From contig CAXXVD010000002.1 of the NCBI GenBank assembly GCA_963662335.2, positions 544,001-608,000 of the forward strand: a stretch of 64,000 bases of DNA, read 5' to 3'. Positions 46,623 through 54,595 of the stretch are shown here, in pieces; the stretch's first letter is position 1; each line of letters opens with the position of its first letter. The position numbers and the translations under genes were made by a program. This DNA is from Chloroflexota bacterium. GTDB taxonomy: Bacteria > Chloroflexota > UBA11872 > VXOZ01. The notes beneath the pieces are model-generated. The model was not told the DNA's origin, made no database searches, and saw nothing but the letters and a program-made list of their open reading frames with translations.

Positions 46623-47489
46623 GTGGCTCCGCCGCTGCGCCGCTTGTCGCCGACCAGTATGCGCACCTACGAACGGTGCGCGTACATGTACCACCTGCGC
46701 TACCACGAGCGCATCCGCACGCCCAGCACGGCGGCGCAACTGCTCGGCCGGGCGGTGCACACCGTTATCGAGGTTTACTACAAGAGGAAGCGAGAAAAAG
46801 AGAATCTCGATACGGAAGCGGCGTTCGACGTGCTCGATGACTCCCTGGACGCCACCCTGCACGAACTGGATGAGGAAGGGCGCGCGGAAGTCGTAGATCT
46901 GCGCGAACTCGGGTACGACCTGGTCGAGTATTATCTGGATGAAGTCGCGCCGCACATCCGGCCGCACCTCATCGAGCAACGATTTTCATTCACCTTGCCG
47001 GGGGTTGACGTGCCGATCGTCGGCTACGTAGACCTGGTGGACCAGGACGGCACGGTGATCGACCACAAGACTTCCTCCTCGCCGTTTCCGGCAGACTACC
47101 TGGCGCAGGACGTGCAGTTGCTCACCTACAGCCTCGGCTACCACGCCCTGCGCATGGGCGCGCGCCAGCGGCCGGGGCAACTCCCGTTCGTCCACATGCT
47201 GCCGCCGGTGCGCCTGGACGTCTTGATTAAAGGCGAGGAAATCGCCTACCAGCGGCTCGACTTTCGCTACGAGCAGGAGCACGTCGAGCGCTACGTGGAG
47301 CGGGTAAATGCCGTTGCCGCCGGTATCCGGTCCGCGGACTTTCGCCCCTTCTGGCAAACACGGGAGCCGGACCCGGACGTGTGCGGGTACTGCGACTTCA
47401 ACCATGTGTGCACGTACCGGCTGCCCGAATCCGCAGATCCACCCGCGGGCGGGGGCGCGGACGACGCGGGAACGCCTAACGCCGGATAG
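46623..47489 (+). CDS. PD-(D/E)XK nuclease family protein (RecB/AddB/Cas4-like, with Fe-S cysteines)
   Basis: LSPTS...YERC; GRAVH; E..F; GYVDLV…IDHKT; QL..Y; CGYCDFNHVC. Confidence 0.88.
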   Translation: MAPPLRRLSPTSMRTYERCAYMYHLRYHERIRTPSTAAQLLGRAVHTVIEVYYKRKREKENLDTEAAFDVLDDSLDATLHELDEEGRAEVVDLRELGYDLVEYYLDEVAPHIRPHLIEQRFSFTLPGVDVPIVGYVDLVDQDGTVIDHKTSSSPFPADYLAQDVQLLTYSLGYHALRMGARQRPGQLPFVHMLPPVRLDVLIKGEEIAYQRLDFRYEQEHVERYVERVNAVAAGIRSADFRPFWQTREPDPDVCGYCDFNHVCTYRLPESADPPAGGGADDAGTPNAG

Positions 47490-47547
47490 GCCCGCGCCGA
47501 ACGCGGCCGGCGATTATGAGAATGAGATAAGAAAACCAACCAGGTTG

Positions 47548-47576
47548 TTGCCACTGGCAAGTGGCCTCAGTATCAT
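47548..47576 (+). promoter_or_regulatory. Sigma70-type promoter
   Basis: TTGCCA-17 nt-TATCAT; overlaps the palindrome TTGCCACTGGCAA. Confidence 0.6.
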
Positions 47577-47595
47577 GGTGCCTAAGCTGCGGGGG

Positions 47596-47785
47596 AACGG
47601 GCGCACTGGCTGAAAGCGATGCAGGGCGCCCGGCGTAGCGAAGCAAGTTTGGGTTTAGCCTCGTATAGGCGTGGTGCGCCCTCGACGATTGCGGCACAGG
47701 TGTAGCGGCCAGTCCCCGGCGCAACGGCGGGCAGCGGCGTCTTTTCTCCCGCTTAGGGGAAAAGATGCAATCGGTGCGCCCGTTC
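47596..47785 (+). ncRNA. Candidate structured RNA or leader of about 190 nt (unassigned)
   Basis: 5' GAACGGGCGCAC pairs with 3' GTGCGCCCGTTC; internal 13-bp hairpin at 47736-47768; begins just after the promoter. Confidence 0.35.
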
Positions 47786-48364
47786 TATACCATAGACCGC
47801 AACGCTTCACCGAGAGCGGTACTCACGGCTACCCAGGAGTCACGTATCCCTTGCCAGCGCGAGCGGGGACTCAACCGGCGCTGCCGGCCAGACTGCGCAG
47901 GCGGTTGCTGAAGCTGAGCGGCCGTTTGCCGGGATACATGCTGTTGTTTGGCGCTGCCGCGCGGCGTCGGCGTCTGCCGGCGGCGTATGCGCAAGCCCTG
48001 GCGCGGGAGGCCGGCTTTGGCCGTCTGCCGGTGCGTGTGCCGGGCCGGATGTTGCCCGGCTTTCGCCGGCTTGGTAGAGTAGCGGTCATTGGCGTGCTGC
48101 TGCACGTGCTGCTGCGGCAGAGCGGCGGCAGCGGCAGGCGGCGCAGGTTAGCCGGTTTCAGCGTCGCAGACCTGCGGCACGATGCCGGCACGTTGCTAGC
48201 GCTGGCGCGCTGGCTGGTCGTAGGAATAGTCAGCCGCCGGGCGCGGCTGCGCTCCGGGGTGTAGCCGGAGCGCGCCGCAATGCGGCAGCGCCGGCGTTTT
48301 CTTTAAATGGAGGCTGCGGCGGCACGCAGGCAGTCAGAGGTCTTCGGGCAGGGAGCAAGTACAC

Positions 48365-49363
48365 GTGGCCATTGCAGAGGAACGGCTGGGCCAGGAAATC
48401 TGGTCGGACTTGCAGAGCGACGTGCAGGAGCGCATTCACGGCGCGCTGCTCATGTTGAGCGAGCGCGAGCGCCAGATTGCGCTGATAGACCTCGCGCGCA
48501 TGGTCGGCACGCCCAACCAGTACAGCGTCACGGAGCGCGTCTCGGTGGGCAAGGCGCTCTCGTTCCTGGGCGACCCGCGCATCCGCGTCCTCGAACCCAT
48601 GCTGGCGCGGGTGCCGGGCGGCGCGTTCACCATGGGCACGGCTGAGGAGGCAGTAGCGCAATTGCTCGAGCAGCAAGGCGCCGGCAACGGCGGTGATGAG
48701 CCGCTCCACCAAACGGAGCGCGGCGCGGCGCTGATGGAAACGCCGGCGCGGACGGTCGAACTGCCGCCGTTTGCCATTGGCAAGTTTCTCGTGACCAATC
48801 TTGAATTTCGCTCGTTCGTGCTTGCCGGCGGCGCGCCGCCGCGGGCGTATTGGGACGGCACGACCCTCGATCCGTGGCTTCAGAACCAGCCGGTGCACGG
48901 CGTCACGTGGGACGAGGCCCTGGCGTATTGCGATTGGCTGGCAAACGAGACGGGTCGCCCTTTTCGCCTGCCCACCGAGGAAGAGTGGGAAAAGGCGGCG
49001 CGGGGCACAGACGGCCGGCTGTTTCCGTGGGGAGACGAGTTCCGCTACAATCATTGCAACGTCTGGGAAGGCGGCGTCGGCGCGCCGACGCCCGTGGGGG
49101 TGTATCCGGAAGGCGTGAGTCCCTACGGCGCGCTGGACATGGCCGGCAACGTGGCGGAGTGGACGGCGTCGTTCATTGGGACGTATCCGGGTTCTGACGG
49201 CAGCGAAGTGATCGCGGACGCGGTAGCGGAATACGGGCGCTACCGGGTGATACGGGGCGGCTGCTGGCGGGACGCGAAGCCGCGGGGCCGCTGCGCGCGG
49301 CGCGGGAACCCCGCCGGGCCGGATGTGCCCGCCATTGGGTTCCGCGTAGCCCTGGACGCCTGA
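48365..49363 (+). CDS. FGE-sulfatase (SUMF1/EgtB-C) domain protein
   Basis: VPGGAFTMG, ETP.RTV.L..FAIGK..VTN, PVHGVTWDEA..YC.WL, RLPTEEEWEKAARG, DMAGNV.EW, RGG.W, IGFR. Confidence 0.9.
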   Translation: MAIAEERLGQEIWSDLQSDVQERIHGALLMLSERERQIALIDLARMVGTPNQYSVTERVSVGKALSFLGDPRIRVLEPMLARVPGGAFTMGTAEEAVAQLLEQQGAGNGGDEPLHQTERGAALMETPARTVELPPFAIGKFLVTNLEFRSFVLAGGAPPRAYWDGTTLDPWLQNQPVHGVTWDEALAYCDWLANETGRPFRLPTEEEWEKAARGTDGRLFPWGDEFRYNHCNVWEGGVGAPTPVGVYPEGVSPYGALDMAGNVAEWTASFIGTYPGSDGSEVIADAVAEYGRYRVIRGGCWRDAKPRGRCARRGNPAGPDVPAIGFRVALDA

Positions 49364-49386
49364 GCGGCGCAAAAGAGAATAATGAG

Positions 49387-49446
49387 AGGTAGCTTGATTA
49401 AGGTAGCCTCGATTACTTGACGCTGGTAAGAATCGTGTGCTAGCGT
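49387..49446 (+). promoter_or_regulatory. Direct repeat (AGGTAGCTTGATTA / AGGTAGCCTCGATTA) abutting a putative promoter TTGACG-18-TAGCGT
   Basis: AT-richer segment upstream of the uptake operon; the tandem repeat ends one base before the -35 box. Confidence 0.5.
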
Positions 49447-49581
49447 ACACTGTAATATGGAGCGCAGGCTCTGCGCGGGGTGTTTTTGGTGAATGCCGGA
49501 ACAGGATTCGCATAAGCGGCGTCGGCCCGGAAAGGGCTTGTGGCGCGGGACGTATCGCTCGTAGCATGAGGGTGGCAGCAC

Positions 49582-52500
49582 ATGGATAACCTGAAGGAAG
49601 AAATGACGCGGCTTCAGGCGGCAATGAGAAAGTCCGAGGCGTTGCGCGGTCTGCGCAGGTGGACCGCGTGGATAAACATCGCGCTTGCCGTCATGCTGGT
49701 GACGATTTCCATCCCGACCGCGGCGTCGGCTGCCGTCTACGCGCAGGCAGCCCAGCCCAAGGACGCGGAAGAAGAGGAAGGCGAGGAGAAGAAGGGCACC
49801 TTCATTACGCACGCCACGGGCGTGATCGAGGTGAAGCTCGAGCCCAATTACGCCGAAACGCTGCAAGAGTACGCCAAGCAGGGCTACGAGTGGGTTGGGG
49901 AAGCGGACATTCCCATTGACCTCATGAACTACACCCGGTTCCGCGGTCATGAGCCGGAGATTCTGAGCGAACTCGACGGACGCACCGGCGAAATCATCGA
50001 CTGGCAAGAGGAGACCGAGTGGCTGGAGTGGCGCGTATACGTGCCCAAGACCGGCCTCTACAACATTGAAATGGAATACTACCCGTTGCCTGGCAAGCGC
50101 GCCTCCATCCAGCGGCGCATCCAGATCGACGGTGAGTATCCGTTCCAGGAGGCGCGGCGGCTAGTCTTCGTGCGCTTCTGGAATGACAAGGGCCTGCCGA
50201 CCACCGATAACCAGGGCAACGACCGGCGCCCCGGCCAGCGTGAAGAACCGCGTTGGGAGACGGTGCGCATCATCGACGGCGACGGCATGTATCCCTGGCC
50301 GTTCGACTTCTACCTGACTGAAGGCGAGCACGTGATTCGCATGATCACTGTGCGCGAGCCGATGGCGATCCGCAGCCTGCGCCTGGTGACGCCGACGCGG
50401 CCGCCAACCTACGCGGAGGTGCTGGCTAGCTACCAGGAGAAGGGCTACAAGAACGCGGGCGAGACCTTGATTCGCCACCAGGCCGAGTTGCCGGTGGAGC
50501 GGACTGAGGCCACTATTCGCATGGAGTACACCTCCGGCCCGCTGGTTGACCCCTACTCCGCCGGTTACGTGCGCTTGAACGCCTACGGCTCCTATCGCTG
50601 GCGCCGCGCGCTGCAAGCGGCCACGTGGGAGTTCGAGGTGCCGGAAGACGGTCTCTACAAGATTGCCTGGCGGCGTTGGCAGGCGTACGCCAGCTTCCTG
50701 CCGTCCGCCCGGCGCATTCTCATCGACGGCAAAGTGCCGTTCCAAGAGCTCAACAGCTTCCTCTTTACGCCGGACAACGACCGCGATTGGCGCATTGTGC
50801 CCTTTGGCGATGAGTCCGGTTTCGGTGAGCCCTATCTCTTCTACCTTGAAAAGGGGAAGCACACGCTAACGATGGAGGTCACCGTTGGGCCTTCCGCTGA
50901 AACGATTCGCGCCATCAATAAGGTAGTTACCGACCTTTCGATTATGGTGCGCGAAATCACGATGATTACGGGTGTGAACCCCGACCCGTACATGGAGTTT
51001 GACCTCACGTCGCGTATTCCGACGCTGGTGCCGCGCCTGGTCAGGAACTACGAACTGCTGGAAGAGCAAGTAGGCCACATGACCATGGTGAATAACGGCG
51101 TCAAGCCGAACGTGGCCAACGTGTTGGGCGAGGTGGCGTTCCAGTTGCGCGACATGGCGAGCGATCCGGAAAGCATGTCCCGCCGCCTGAGCGACCTGAG
51201 CGCCAGCCAAGGCCGTCTCTCCCAGTGGCTGCTCTATTTGCGCGAGCATCCGCTCTGGCTCGACTACCTCTTGATTACCAACCCCGAGTTCGAGTTGCCG
51301 GTGGGCAAGGCCAGCATCTTCCAGAAGGCCTGGGCCGGCTTCATGAACTTCCTGAGTTCCTTTGTGCGCAACTACTACGGCGTCGGCTCCATCTACGGCG
51401 ATGACGACAATACCATCACCGTTTGGGTGGCCCGTGGCCGCGAGTGGGGCATGATCATGAAGGACATGACGGAGGATGACTTCACCCCGGCGAGCGGAAT
51501 CGCCGTAAACCTACAGGTGTTCCCACCGGCGCAGCTTAGCGCGGGTTCGGTGAACGTGTTGCTCCTGTCAGTGGCGAGCGGCGTGACCCCGGACGTCGCG
51601 ACCGGTGTGTTGCCCGACGTGCCGGTGGAGTTTGCTATTCGTAACGGCGTAGCCAATATGAATAAGTTCGTGGATTATCAGGAGGTGACGACGCGATTCC
51701 GGCCAGGGGCGCTGCTGCCCTTCCGTTGGGAGGGCGGAGACTACGCGATACCGGAAACGCAGGACTTCTTGATGATGTTCTACCGCACAGACATCTTCAC
51801 TGAATTGGGCCTGACTCCGCCTGATACCTGGCAAGACTTGTACAACATGATCTGGCTGCTGCAGCAGCGCGGCATGGACTTCTTCTTCCCGCCGGTGGGC
51901 GTGTCCGCGGGTGGCGGCATATACGGCCTGGCTGAGTCCCTTGTGCCGGGGTTCCTGCCGTTCCTCTACCAGAACGGCGGCGACTTCTATACGGAGAAGG
52001 GCTTGAGCGCCCTCGACTCGCCGGAGGCCTTGGCGGGATTCCGTGAGTGGACCGAACTCTACACGAATTACAAGATCACGCAGCAGGCGGACTTCTACAA
52101 CCGCATGAGAACCGGCGAGATGCCCATCGGCGTTTCCGGCTTCTTTACCTACATTCTGCTTTCCGTCGCCGCGCCGGAGCTTGAGGGCCGCTGGGAAATG
52201 CTGCCGCTGCCCGGCAAGCGCCGCCCGGACGGACAGGTAGACCGTACCTCAGGCGGCTATGGTCAAGCCGTTGTGATCATGGATAATTCAGATAAGCAGG
52301 ACAAGGCCTGGGAATGGGCGAAGTGGTGGACGTCTACGCGGGCCCAGGCGCGCTTCGGTGAAGAGCTCGAGGCCTTGATCGGCACGGAGGCGCGCTGGAA
52401 CACGGCTAACGTCAAAGCCCTAAACCAGCTCCCGTTCCCGCAGAAGGATATCGAAGCTATCCAGGAGCAGTGGCGCTGGTTCAAGGAGCAGCCGGTAACC

Positions 52501-52683
52501 CTGGGCGGCTACTTCACGCCGCGCCACATCATCAATGCCTGGAACCGTGTGGTGCTGCAAGGGTGGAACGCGCGTGAAGCCCTGGAAGAAGCGGTCAAGC
52601 AGATTGACCGCGAACTCATTCGCAAACGCGAGGAGTTCGGCCTAGAGGTCGATCTCACGAAGACGAAAGGAGGTCTTGAATAA
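49582..52683 (+). CDS. Large modular extracellular solute-binding protein (two CBM-like modules, helical region, C-terminal sugar SBP)
   Basis: Signal peptide (…IPTAASA); EW.VYVPKTGLYNI and TWEFEVPEDGLYKI beta-sandwich signatures; C-terminal YAIPETQDF.MMFYRTDIF.ELGL.PPDTW, APELEGRW, RWNTAN. Confidence 0.88.
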   Translation: MDNLKEEMTRLQAAMRKSEALRGLRRWTAWINIALAVMLVTISIPTAASAAVYAQAAQPKDAEEEEGEEKKGTFITHATGVIEVKLEPNYAETLQEYAKQGYEWVGEADIPIDLMNYTRFRGHEPEILSELDGRTGEIIDWQEETEWLEWRVYVPKTGLYNIEMEYYPLPGKRASIQRRIQIDGEYPFQEARRLVFVRFWNDKGLPTTDNQGNDRRPGQREEPRWETVRIIDGDGMYPWPFDFYLTEGEHVIRMITVREPMAIRSLRLVTPTRPPTYAEVLASYQEKGYKNAGETLIRHQAELPVERTEATIRMEYTSGPLVDPYSAGYVRLNAYGSYRWRRALQAATWEFEVPEDGLYKIAWRRWQAYASFLPSARRILIDGKVPFQELNSFLFTPDNDRDWRIVPFGDESGFGEPYLFYLEKGKHTLTMEVTVGPSAETIRAINKVVTDLSIMVREITMITGVNPDPYMEFDLTSRIPTLVPRLVRNYELLEEQVGHMTMVNNGVKPNVANVLGEVAFQLRDMASDPESMSRRLSDLSASQGRLSQWLLYLREHPLWLDYLLITNPEFELPVGKASIFQKAWAGFMNFLSSFVRNYYGVGSIYGDDDNTITVWVARGREWGMIMKDMTEDDFTPASGIAVNLQVFPPAQLSAGSVNVLLLSVASGVTPDVATGVLPDVPVEFAIRNGVANMNKFVDYQEVTTRFRPGALLPFRWEGGDYAIPETQDFLMMFYRTDIFTELGLTPPDTWQDLYNMIWLLQQRGMDFFFPPVGVSAGGGIYGLAESLVPGFLPFLYQNGGDFYTEKGLSALDSPEALAGFREWTELYTNYKITQQADFYNRMRTGEMPIGVSGFFTYILLSVAAPELEGRWEMLPLPGKRRPDGQVDRTSGGYGQAVVIMDNSDKQDKAWEWAKWWTSTRAQARFGEELEALIGTEARWNTANVKALNQLPFPQKDIEAIQEQWRWFKEQPVTLGGYFTPRHIINAWNRVVLQGWNAREALEEAVKQIDRELIRKREEFGLEVDLTKTKGGLE

Positions 52684-53654
52684 TGGCCGAGGTAAAGAGC
52701 GGCGACCCGGGCGTGGAGGCGGAGGCGACAACCCAACAACGGGCAGTCGCGGCCCCCAAGACCGGCCTGCAACGGCTGGTGGCGCAGTACGGCGTCTCGT
52801 ATGCCTTCCTGCTGCCCTACATGATCTTCTTCTTCGCCTTCCTGATCATCCCGGTGGGCGTGGCGATCTGGCTGAGTTTCACGTATTTCAACATGCTGGA
52901 ACCGCCGCGCGTGATTGGCTGGTCCAACTACCGGCTGCTGTTCCTGGAGGACGACATCTTCGTCCTCTCCATCCGGAACACGCTTTTCTTCGCCTTCATT
53001 ACGGGGCCGGTCAGTTTGACGGCGTCATTCCTGCTGGCCTGGTTCATCAACCAGATTCGCGTGCGCACCATCTACGCGCTGGCCTTCTACGCGCCCTCGC
53101 TGACGAGCGCGATTGCGATGGCGGTGGTGTGGCGCATCGTCTTCTCCGGCGATCGCTACGGCTACATGAACTACTTCCTGATGCGCATGGGCTTCATTCA
53201 GGAACCGTTCCTGTGGCTCATCGACCAGCGCACCATGTTGCCGGTCATCATGTTCGTGATGCTGTGGATGAGCATGGGCAACAACTTCCTCGTCTTCCTG
53301 GCCGGTTTGCAGACGGTGAATACGGAACTCTATGAAGCCGGCAAGGTGGACGGCATCGCCCATCCGCTGCAAGAGATGTGGTACATTACGTTGCCGTCCA
53401 TGAAACCGCAGGTGCTGTTCGGTGTGATCAACGCGGTGGTGCTGATGTTCTCGGCCGGTTTCGAGATTTCGCTCTCGTTGGCCGGTCTGCCCAGCCCGCT
53501 CTATGCCGCGCACATGATCCTCTCGCACCTGTACGATTACGCGTTCATCCGGTTCGAGATGGGGTACGCGGCAGCGATTGCGGTGATACTCTTCATCATT
53601 ACCTTCGGTGTCGGGCAAGGCGCGCTGCGTCTGCTTTCGACCAAGGACGAATAG
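52683..53654 (+). CDS. Carbohydrate ABC transporter permease (MalF/UgpA type)
   Basis: AFLLPY, IGWSNY..LF, FLAGLQ.V..ELYEAGKVDG (EAA loop), FEMGYAAAIA. Confidence 0.94.
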   Translation: MAEVKSGDPGVEAEATTQQRAVAAPKTGLQRLVAQYGVSYAFLLPYMIFFFAFLIIPVGVAIWLSFTYFNMLEPPRVIGWSNYRLLFLEDDIFVLSIRNTLFFAFITGPVSLTASFLLAWFINQIRVRTIYALAFYAPSLTSAIAMAVVWRIVFSGDRYGYMNYFLMRMGFIQEPFLWLIDQRTMLPVIMFVMLWMSMGNNFLVFLAGLQTVNTELYEAGKVDGIAHPLQEMWYITLPSMKPQVLFGVINAVVLMFSAGFEISLSLAGLPSPLYAAHMILSHLYDYAFIRFEMGYAAAIAVILFIITFGVGQGALRLLSTKDE

Positions 53655-53675
53655 CAGAGCAGAGGAGCCGTAGAG

Positions 53676-54536
53676 ATGATTATTCGCGTTGGCAGATTCA
53701 AGATGACGAGCGGCGAGTTTACCACCATCGCCGCCCTGACCATCCTGGCGGCGTTCATGTCGTTGCCGCTCATCTTCGTGGTATCGCACGCCTTGAAGCC
53801 GATTGATGAGCTTTTCCTCTTTCCGCCGCGCTTCATCGTGCGCAACCCCACGTTGCGCAACTTCCAGGACTTGCTCATCGCCACGTATTCCCTGAACGTG
53901 CCGTTCATCCGGTACATCTTCAATAGTGTATTCGTCGCGTTCTGCACGGTGGTTGGGGGTGTGTTGTTGGCGAGCCTGGCGGCCTATCCGCTGGCGAAGC
54001 ATAACTTCCCGGGGCGCAATACGATGTTCATCGTCGTCATCGCGGCGCTCATGTTCACGCCGCAAGTGACGGCGATTCCGCGGTATCTCGTGGTCTACCA
54101 GCTTGGCATCATCGACACCTACTTTGCGTTGGTGCTGCCCAACCTGGCCATTCCCTACGCGCTCTTCTTGATGAAGCAGTTCATGGAGCAGATACCGGCG
54201 GCATTGATTGAATCGGCGAAGATCGACGGCGCTACGGAGTGGACCGTCTTTTGGCGAGTCGTCATGCCGTTGGTAACGCCGGCCTGGGCCACACTCGTGA
54301 TCATCATCTTCGTCGGCACGTGGAACGACATCTGGGCGCCGCTGGTGTTTACGCGCACCGAGTCGATGCGCACGTTGCCGATTGCGCTGCAAACCCTGAT
54401 TAGCCAGGGGTCCGTGGCGCGGCAAGGCGCGTACGCGGCCGCGACGTTCATCATGATTACGCCGCCGGTGGTGCTGTTCACCTTGGTGCAGCGGCGCGTG
54501 ATTGCCACCATGGCGCATTCGGGCATCAAAGCGTAG
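53676..54536 (+). CDS. Carbohydrate ABC transporter permease (MalG/UgpE type)
   Basis: KPIDELFLFPPRF, YIFNS, IP.ALIESAKIDGA, WND. Confidence 0.94.
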   Translation: MIIRVGRFKMTSGEFTTIAALTILAAFMSLPLIFVVSHALKPIDELFLFPPRFIVRNPTLRNFQDLLIATYSLNVPFIRYIFNSVFVAFCTVVGGVLLASLAAYPLAKHNFPGRNTMFIVVIAALMFTPQVTAIPRYLVVYQLGIIDTYFALVLPNLAIPYALFLMKQFMEQIPAALIESAKIDGATEWTVFWRVVMPLVTPAWATLVIIIFVGTWNDIWAPLVFTRTESMRTLPIALQTLISQGSVARQGAYAAATFIMITPPVVLFTLVQRRVIATMAHSGIKA

Positions 54537-54595
54537 GACGAGACGCGGGGACTGACGGTAGCAATAAGGGCAGTAACGGGTAAGGAAGCGACAAC

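Noticed and set aside
46623-47489. cas4 of a CRISPR-Cas locus
   Set aside because: No other cas genes or array in the window; a generic PD-(D/E)XK nuclease call is safer
47671-48264. 197-aa ORF as a real gene
   Set aside because: Arg/Ala/Gly-rich, no RBS, atypical codon pattern, overlaps the predicted RNA structure
48365-49363. Diversity-generating retroelement target (FGE-type CLec fold)
   Set aside because: No reverse transcriptase and no adenine-variant template repeat of the 3' end visible in the window
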